Part shown: positions 58,498 through 64,000 of the stretch, piece after piece | Numbering within the stretch: position 1 is the first letter of the stretch | How the letters are laid out: the number at the start of each line of letters is the position of its first letter | NCBI RefSeq assembly: GCF_036365525.1 | Contig: NC_090399.1 | Coordinates: 20,098,529-20,162,528, forward strand | Reading direction: 5' to 3' | Length of the DNA stretch: 64,000 nucleotides | From: Heterodontus francisci | Taxonomy: Eukaryota | The notes under the pieces: model-generated | The model's database searches: none | Seen by the model: the letters and a program-made list of their open reading frames with translations, nothing else | Told to the model about the DNA's origin: nothing | Position numbers and translations under genes: made by a program

Positions 58498-61149
58498 TTA
58501 GAACATTACAGCGCAGTACAGGCCCTTTGGCCCTCGATGTTGCGCCGACCTGTGAAACCATCTGACCGACACTATTCCATTTTCATCCATATGTCTATCC
58601 AATGACCACTTAAATGCCCTTAAAGTTGGCGAGTCTACTACTGTTGCAGGCAGGGCGTTCCACGCCCCTACTACTCTCTGAGTAAAGAAACTACCTCTGA
58701 CATCTGTCCTATATCTATCACCCCTCAACTTAAAGCTATGTCCCCTCGTGTTTGCCATCACCATCCGAAGAAAAAGACTCTCACTATCCACCCTATATAA
58801 CCCTCTGATTATCTTATATGTCTCTATTAAGTCACCTCTCCTCCTCCTTCTCTCCAATGAAAACAACCTCAAGTCCCTCAGCCTTTCCTTGTAAGACCTT
58901 CCCTCCATACCAGGCAACATCCTAGTAAATCTCCTCTGCACCCTTTCCATAGCTTCCACATCCTTCCTATAATGCGGTGACCAGAACTGCACGCAATACT
59001 CCAGGTGCGGCCTCACCAGAGTTTTGTACAGCTGCAGCATGACATCGTGGCTCCGAAACTCGATCCCCCTACTAATAAAAGCTAACACACCATATGCCTT
59101 CTTAACAGCCCTATTAACCTGGGTAGCAACCTTCAGGGATTTATGCACCTGGACACCAAGATCTCTCTGTTCATCTACACTACCAAGAATCTTCCCATTA
59201 GCCCAGTACTCTGCATTCCTGTTACTCCTTCCAAAGTGAATCACCACGCACTTTTCCACATTAAACTCCATTTGCCATCTCTCAGCCCAGCTCTGCAGCC
59301 TATCTATGTCCCTCTGTACCCTACAACATCCTTCGGCACTATCCACAACTCCACCGACCTTAGTGTCATCCGCAAATTTATTAACCCACCCTTCTACACC
59401 CTCTTCCAGGTCATTTATAAAAATGACAAACAGCAGTGGCCCCAAAACAGATCCTTGCGGTACACCACTAGTAACTAAACTCCAGGATGAACATTTGCCA
59501 TCAACCACCACCCTCTGTCTTCTTTCAGCTAGCCAATTTCTGATCCAAAGCTCTAAATCACCTTCAACCCCATACTTCTGTATTTTCTGCAATAGCCTAC
59601 CATGGGGAACCTTATCAAACGCCTTACTGAAATCCATATACACCACATCCACTGCTTTACACTCATCCACCTGCTTGGTCACCTTCTCGAAAAACTCAAT
59701 AAGGTTTGTGAGGCACGACCTACCCGTCACAAAACCGTGCTGACTATCGCTAATGAACTTATTCTTTTCAAGATGATTATACATCCTGTCTCTTATAACC
59801 TTTTCCAACATTTTACCCACAACCGAAGTAAGGCTCACAGGTCTATAATTACCCGGGCTGTCTCTGCTCCCCTTCTTGAACAAGGGGACAACATTTGCTA
59901 TCCTCCAGTCTTCCGGCACTATTCCTGTCGACAATGACGACATAAAGATCAAGGACAAAGGCTCTGCAATCTCCTCCCTAGCTTCCCAGAGAATCCTAGG
60001 ATAAATCCCATCTGGCCCAGGGGACCTATCTATTTTCACACTTTCCAAAATTGATAACACCTCCTCCTTGTGAACCTCAATCCCATCTAGCCTGGCAGCC
60101 TGAATCTCAGTATTCTCCTCGACAACATTTTCTTTCTCTACTGTAAATACTGACGCAAAATATTCATTTAACACTTCCCCTAGCTCCTCTGATTCCACAC
60201 ACAACTTCCCACTACTATCCTTGATTGGCCCAAATCTAACTCTAGTCATTCTTTTATTCCTGATATACCTATAGAAAGCCTTAGGGTTTTCCCTGATCCT
60301 ATCCGCCAATGACTTCTTGTGTCCTCTCCTTGCTCTTCTTAGCTCTCCCTTTAGATCCTTCCTGGCTAGCTTGTAACTCTCAAGCGCCCTAACTGAGCCT
60401 TCACGTCTCATCCTAACATAAGCCTTCTTCTTCCTCTTGACAAGCTCTTCAACTTCTTTAGTAAACCACGGCTCCCTCGCTCGACAACTTCCTCCCTGCC
60501 TCACAGGTATATACTTATCAAGGACACGCAGTAGCTGCTCTTTGAATAAGCTCCACATTTCGATTGTTCCCATCCCCTGCAGTTTCCTTCCCCATCCTAC
60601 GCATCCTAAATCTTGCCTAATCGCATCATAATTTCCTTTCCCCCAGCTATAATTTTTGCCCTGCGGAATATACCTATCCCTGCCCATCGCTAAGGTAAAC
60701 CTAACCGAATTGTGATCACTATCACCAAAGTGCTCACCTACATCTAAATCTAACACCTGGCCGGGTTCATTACCCAGTACCAAATCCAATGTGGCATCGC
60801 CCCTGGTTGGCCTGTCTACATACTGTGTCAGAAAACCCTCCTGCACACACTGGACAAAAACTGACCCATCTAAAGTACTCGAACTATAGTATTTCCAGTC
60901 GATATTTGGAAAGTTAAAGTCCCCCATAACAACTACCCTGTTACTCTCGCCTCTGTCGAGAATCATCTTCGCTATCCTTTCCTCTACATCTCTGGAAGTA
61001 TTTGGAGGTCTATAAAAGAATCCCAACAGGGTGACCTCACCTCTCCTGTTTCTAACCTCGGCCCATACTACCTCAGTAGACGAGTCCTCAAACGTCATTT
61101 CTGGCGCTGTAATACTCTCCTTGATTAACAATGCCACACCACCCCCCAC
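58498..61149 (-). CDS. CR1 LINE ORF2 (APE endonuclease plus reverse transcriptase); N-terminus frameshifted at the G tract
   Basis: 883-aa ORF with APE and RT motifs (FADD). Confidence 0.92.
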   Translation of the reverse strand: MGGGVALLIKESITAPEMTFEDSSTEVVWAEVRNRRGEVTLLGFFYRPPNTSRDVEERIAKMILDRGESNRVVVMGDFNFPNIDWKYYSSSTLDGSVFVQCVQEGFLTQYVDRPTRGDATLDLVLGNEPGQVLDLDVGEHFGDSDHNSVRFTLAMGRDRYIPQGKNYSWGKGNYDAIRQDLGCVGWGRKLQGMGTIEMWSLFKEQLLRVLDKYIPVRQGGSCRAREPWFTKEVEELVKRKKKAYVRMRREGSVRALESYKLARKDLKGELRRARRGHKKSLADRIRENPKAFYRYIRNKRMTRVRFGPIKDSSGKLCVESEELGEVLNEYFASVFTVEKENVVEENTEIQAARLDGIEVHKEEVLSILESVKIDRSPGPDGIYPRILWEAREEIAEPLSLIFMSSLSTGIVPEDWRIANVVPLFKKGSRDSPGNYRPVSLTSVVGKMLEKVIRDRMYNHLEKNKFISDSQHGFVTGRSCLTNLIEFFEKVTKQVDECKAVDVVYMDFSKAFDKVPHGRLLQKIQKYGVEGDLELWIRNWLAERRQRVVVDGKCSSWSLVTSGVPQGSVLGPLLFVIFINDLEEGVEGWVNKFADDTKVGGVVDSAEGCCRVQRDIDRLQSWAERWQMEFNVEKCVVIHFGRSNRNAEYWANGKILGSVDEQRDLGVQVHKSLKVATQVNRAVKKAYGVLAFISRGIEFRSHDVMLQLYKTLVRPHLEYCVQFWSPHYRKDVEAMERVQRRFTRMLPGMEGRSYKERLRDLRLFSLERRRRRGDLIETYKIIRGLYRVDSESLFLRMVMANTRGHSFKLRGDRYRTDVRGSFFTQRVVGAWNALPATVVDSPTLRAFKWSLDRHMDENGIVSVRWFHRSAQHRGPKGLYCAVMF

Positions 61150-61462
61150 CCCCCTCCCCCTCTTTTACCATCTTCTCTGTTCTTACTGAAACATCTAAAT
61201 CCCGGAACCTGCAACATCCATTCCTGCCCCTGCTCTACCCATGTCTCCGAAATGGCCACTACATCGAGATCCCAGGTACCAACCCATGCTGCAAGCTCAC
61301 CCACCTTATTCCGGATGCTCCTGGCGTTGAAGTAGACACACTTTAAACCAGGTTCTTGCTTGCCAGTGCCCTCTTGCGTCCTTGTAACCTTATCCCTGAC
61401 CTCACTACTCTCAACATCCTGTACACTGGAACTACAATTTAGGTTCCCATCCCCCTGCTGAA

Positions 61463-62384
61463 TTAGTTTAAACCCCCCCGAAGAGCACTAGCAAATCTCC
61501 TCCCCAGGATATTGGTACCCCTCTGGTTCAGGTGAAGACCATCCTGTTTGTAGAGGTCCCACCTACCCCAGAAAGAGCCCCAGTTATCCAGGAAATCAAA
61601 ACCCTCCCTCCTGCACCATCCCTGCAGCCACGTGTTCAACTCCTCTCTCTCCCTATTCCTCGCTTCACTATCACGTGGCACGGGCAACAACCCGGAGATA
61701 ACAACTCTGTTTGTTCTCGCTCTAAGCTTCCACCCTAGCACCCTGAATTTCTGTCTTAAATCCCCATCTCTCTTCCTTCCTATGTCGTTGGTGCCTATGT
61801 GGACCACGACTTGGGGCTGGTCCCCCTCCCCCTTAAGGATCCCAAAAACACAATCCGAGACATCACGAACCCTGGCACCTGGGAGGCAACATACCAACCG
61901 TGAGTCTCTCTCGTTCCCACAGAACCTCCTATCTGTTCCCCTAACTATGGAGTCCCCAATGACTAATGCTCTGCTCCTCTTCCCCTTTCCCTTCTGAGCA
62001 ACAGGGACAGACTCTGTGCCAGATACCTGTACCCCATTGCTTACCCCTGGTAAGTCGTCCCCCGAAACAGTATCCAAAACGGTATACCTGTTGTTGAGAG
62101 AAACGGCCACAGGGGATCCCTGCACTGCCTGCTGGTTCCCTCTCCTTCCCCTGACGGTAACCCATCTACCTACTTCTTTTACCTGAGGTGTGACTACCTC
62201 CCCATAACTCCTCTCAATAACCCCCTCCGCCTCCCGAATGATCCGAAGTTGCTCCAGCTCCAGTTCCCTAACGCGGTTCACGAGGAGCTGGAGTTGGGTG
62301 CACTTCCCGCAGATGCAGTCAGCAGGTGCACTCTTGGCGACCCTTACCTCCCACATTCTGCAGGAGGAACATACAACTGCCTTA
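61463..62384 (-). CDS. CR1 LINE ORF1 (zinc finger, coiled coil, SGNH esterase)
   Basis: Same motifs as 22825-23746. Confidence 0.88.
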
Positions 62385-62389
62385 ACAGA

Positions 62390-64000
62390 CTGGTGTACGT
62401 CAAGAATATCAATGTGATACCAAGAAACAACTGAAGACACTGGATGCTGCAAAGGCAATGGACCTTGACAACGTTCCGGCAATAGTACTGAAGACCAGTA
62501 CCTGATATGAAATGTGACCCGTGGTAAGATGGAATTTCTTCTGGAAATCGGTTTTGCAGGATGAATTTCCTGGAATATTTCCAGAATGTGTTGTGACAAG
62601 GTCCCAGGCTCATAAGGTTAAACAAGATGAGATGGATTCAGATGTTTTCGAGGACAATTCCGATGTTTGGTTGGCTGAAATATTTTTCAGGGATTTGGAT
62701 GAGGACATTGGTGTTAAAGGCTCCAAGGTTAACAATGGGGAATTGTTTAGCAGATCTCCCGTGATTTTGGGATACAACAGGCAGATCCTGATTTTAGGAG
62801 CTTGTCTCAGGTGACCTGTTTTGAGCCACAGACTGAAAAGTTTTATTAGTGTTATTACGTCAAGAAAGATGAGGAAGTGGAGACCTCTCCGCTGATGAGG
62901 ATTGGGCTGTAATCCATCAAATGGTTGTCCCTCCTTGCTATCATAGTGTAATTTAGAGAATTGCCAATGAAATCCCAGGTCATTTGTGTTTTCCAAAAAC
63001 TCAGGTTAGGGTAATGACATATTTTTACTAGCAAAGCTGCATCAGGATGTGGTTCACTATTGTAAGACATGCCACACATGTCAAATGGTTGGGATCCACA
63101 GCCTATATCTTTTCCTTTGCCACCTATCTCAATAAAAGCAGATTTCCTTTCATTATCAAAAGTCTTTTCTTTCCAATTTCTCTGAAAGTTTCCAAATTGA
63201 GGCCTGTGACAACTGCTTTGTGAATCAATTCATAATCATGTGCTACTATTGCGGCTTCCTTTATTTTACAAACTTCATTTTTAAAAATTTGTTTGTGGGA
63301 TGTGGGCGTTGCTGGCTAGGCCAGCATTTATTGCCCATCCCTAAATGCCTTTGAACTGAGTGGCTTGCGAGGCCATTTCAAAATGCTTTTTTGGGTCTGG
63401 AGTCACATGGAGGTCAGACCACGTAAGGATGGCAGATTTCCTTCCGAAAAGGACATTAGTTAAACAGATGGGTTTTTATAACAACTGACAAAGATTTCAT
63501 GGTCACCATTAAACTAGCTTTTTAATTCCAGAATTGTGAAGAAAATTCAAACTTCACCTTCACCTATGGTGGGATTCGATCCCATGTCCTCAGATTTTCA
63601 GTTTGTGCTCTGGAATACTAGTTTAATGACATTAACACTCTGCCGCGACCTCCCCCATGTTGCTTCATTTGGAAACTTATTCCTGAACAAATAATATGTT
63701 TCAAATCTTCCATCAGAATTACTTCCCTCAGGCTCTCAAAGTCTTGTGCAATCTTTATTGACCTATACCACCTATCAAATTCAATCGTGTCTTTCAACAG
63801 GAAATAGGAGAAATACTTGAAGGGAAAAGAAATGGGAGTAGAGGGGGAAAGGACCGGATGTGGGACTAGATAAATTGCTCTTGCAGAGAGTAGGCACGGG
63901 CTTGATGGGCCGAATCACCTCCTTCACGAGGAGTGACGGCGCCCATTAAGGCCCGATCACTCACTAATCGAGGAAGAGGTCTTGCAAATAAAGATGAGTG
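62390..64000 (+). repeat. Start of tandem segmental unit 4 (partial)
   Basis: Matches 23752-25370, so the array continues beyond the window. Confidence 0.93.

Larger units (their letters stand above)
58489..62384 (-). mobile_element. Young CR1 LINE, duplicate of the 19857-23746 insertion
   Basis: Identical 5' and 3' junctions, shared stop loss, and a shared 6-nt ORF1 deletion relative to the copy at 1-650. Confidence 0.95.
40236..62389 (+). repeat. Tandem segmental unit 3 (22.2 kb; includes a CR1 insertion and an internal ~1.2 kb duplication)
   Basis: Colinear with units 1 and 2. Confidence 0.95.

Noticed and set aside
55595-58561. His/Thr/Cys/Val-rich ORFs in the minisatellite regions
   Set aside because: These are translations of CA/TG-rich repeats that lack stops by composition, and they are not conserved in length across units.
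656-64000. The whole array as an assembly artefact of one locus
   Set aside because: The units differ by many SNPs, indels and unit-specific TE insertions, and there are at least three distinct versions, more than two haplotypes could supply. Long-read confirmation is still advisable.

Overview
This is eukaryotic DNA, most likely from a cartilaginous fish (shark or ray). That is inferred from HE1-like V-SINEs, DeuSINEs, CR1 LINEs with an SGNH-esterase ORF1, and the gene family present. The whole window is a head-to-tail tandem segmental array with a base unit of about 16.5 kb (units at 656-23751, 23752-40235, 40236-62389, and a partial unit at 62390-64000). Each complete unit carries one intact two-exon, 320-aa class A GPCR gene of the GPR139/GPR142-like type. 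The ORF track misses the 64-nt first coding exon and the TATA/CCAAT promoter. The three receptor copies differ mostly by amino-acid-changing substitutions in the extracellular half and the predicted ligand pocket, while a 150-bp core promoter is identical in all three. The rest of each unit is transposon debris: young CR1 LINEs present in some units only, an internally deleted Gypsy LTR element, a Gmr1-like fragment, SINEs, a hAT-like MITE with a long hairpin, and a ~35-bp CA-rich minisatellite. The best candidate for an undescribed system is an expanding, diversifying orphan GPCR repertoire, possibly chemosensory. All comparisons were made by eye and no database searches were run.
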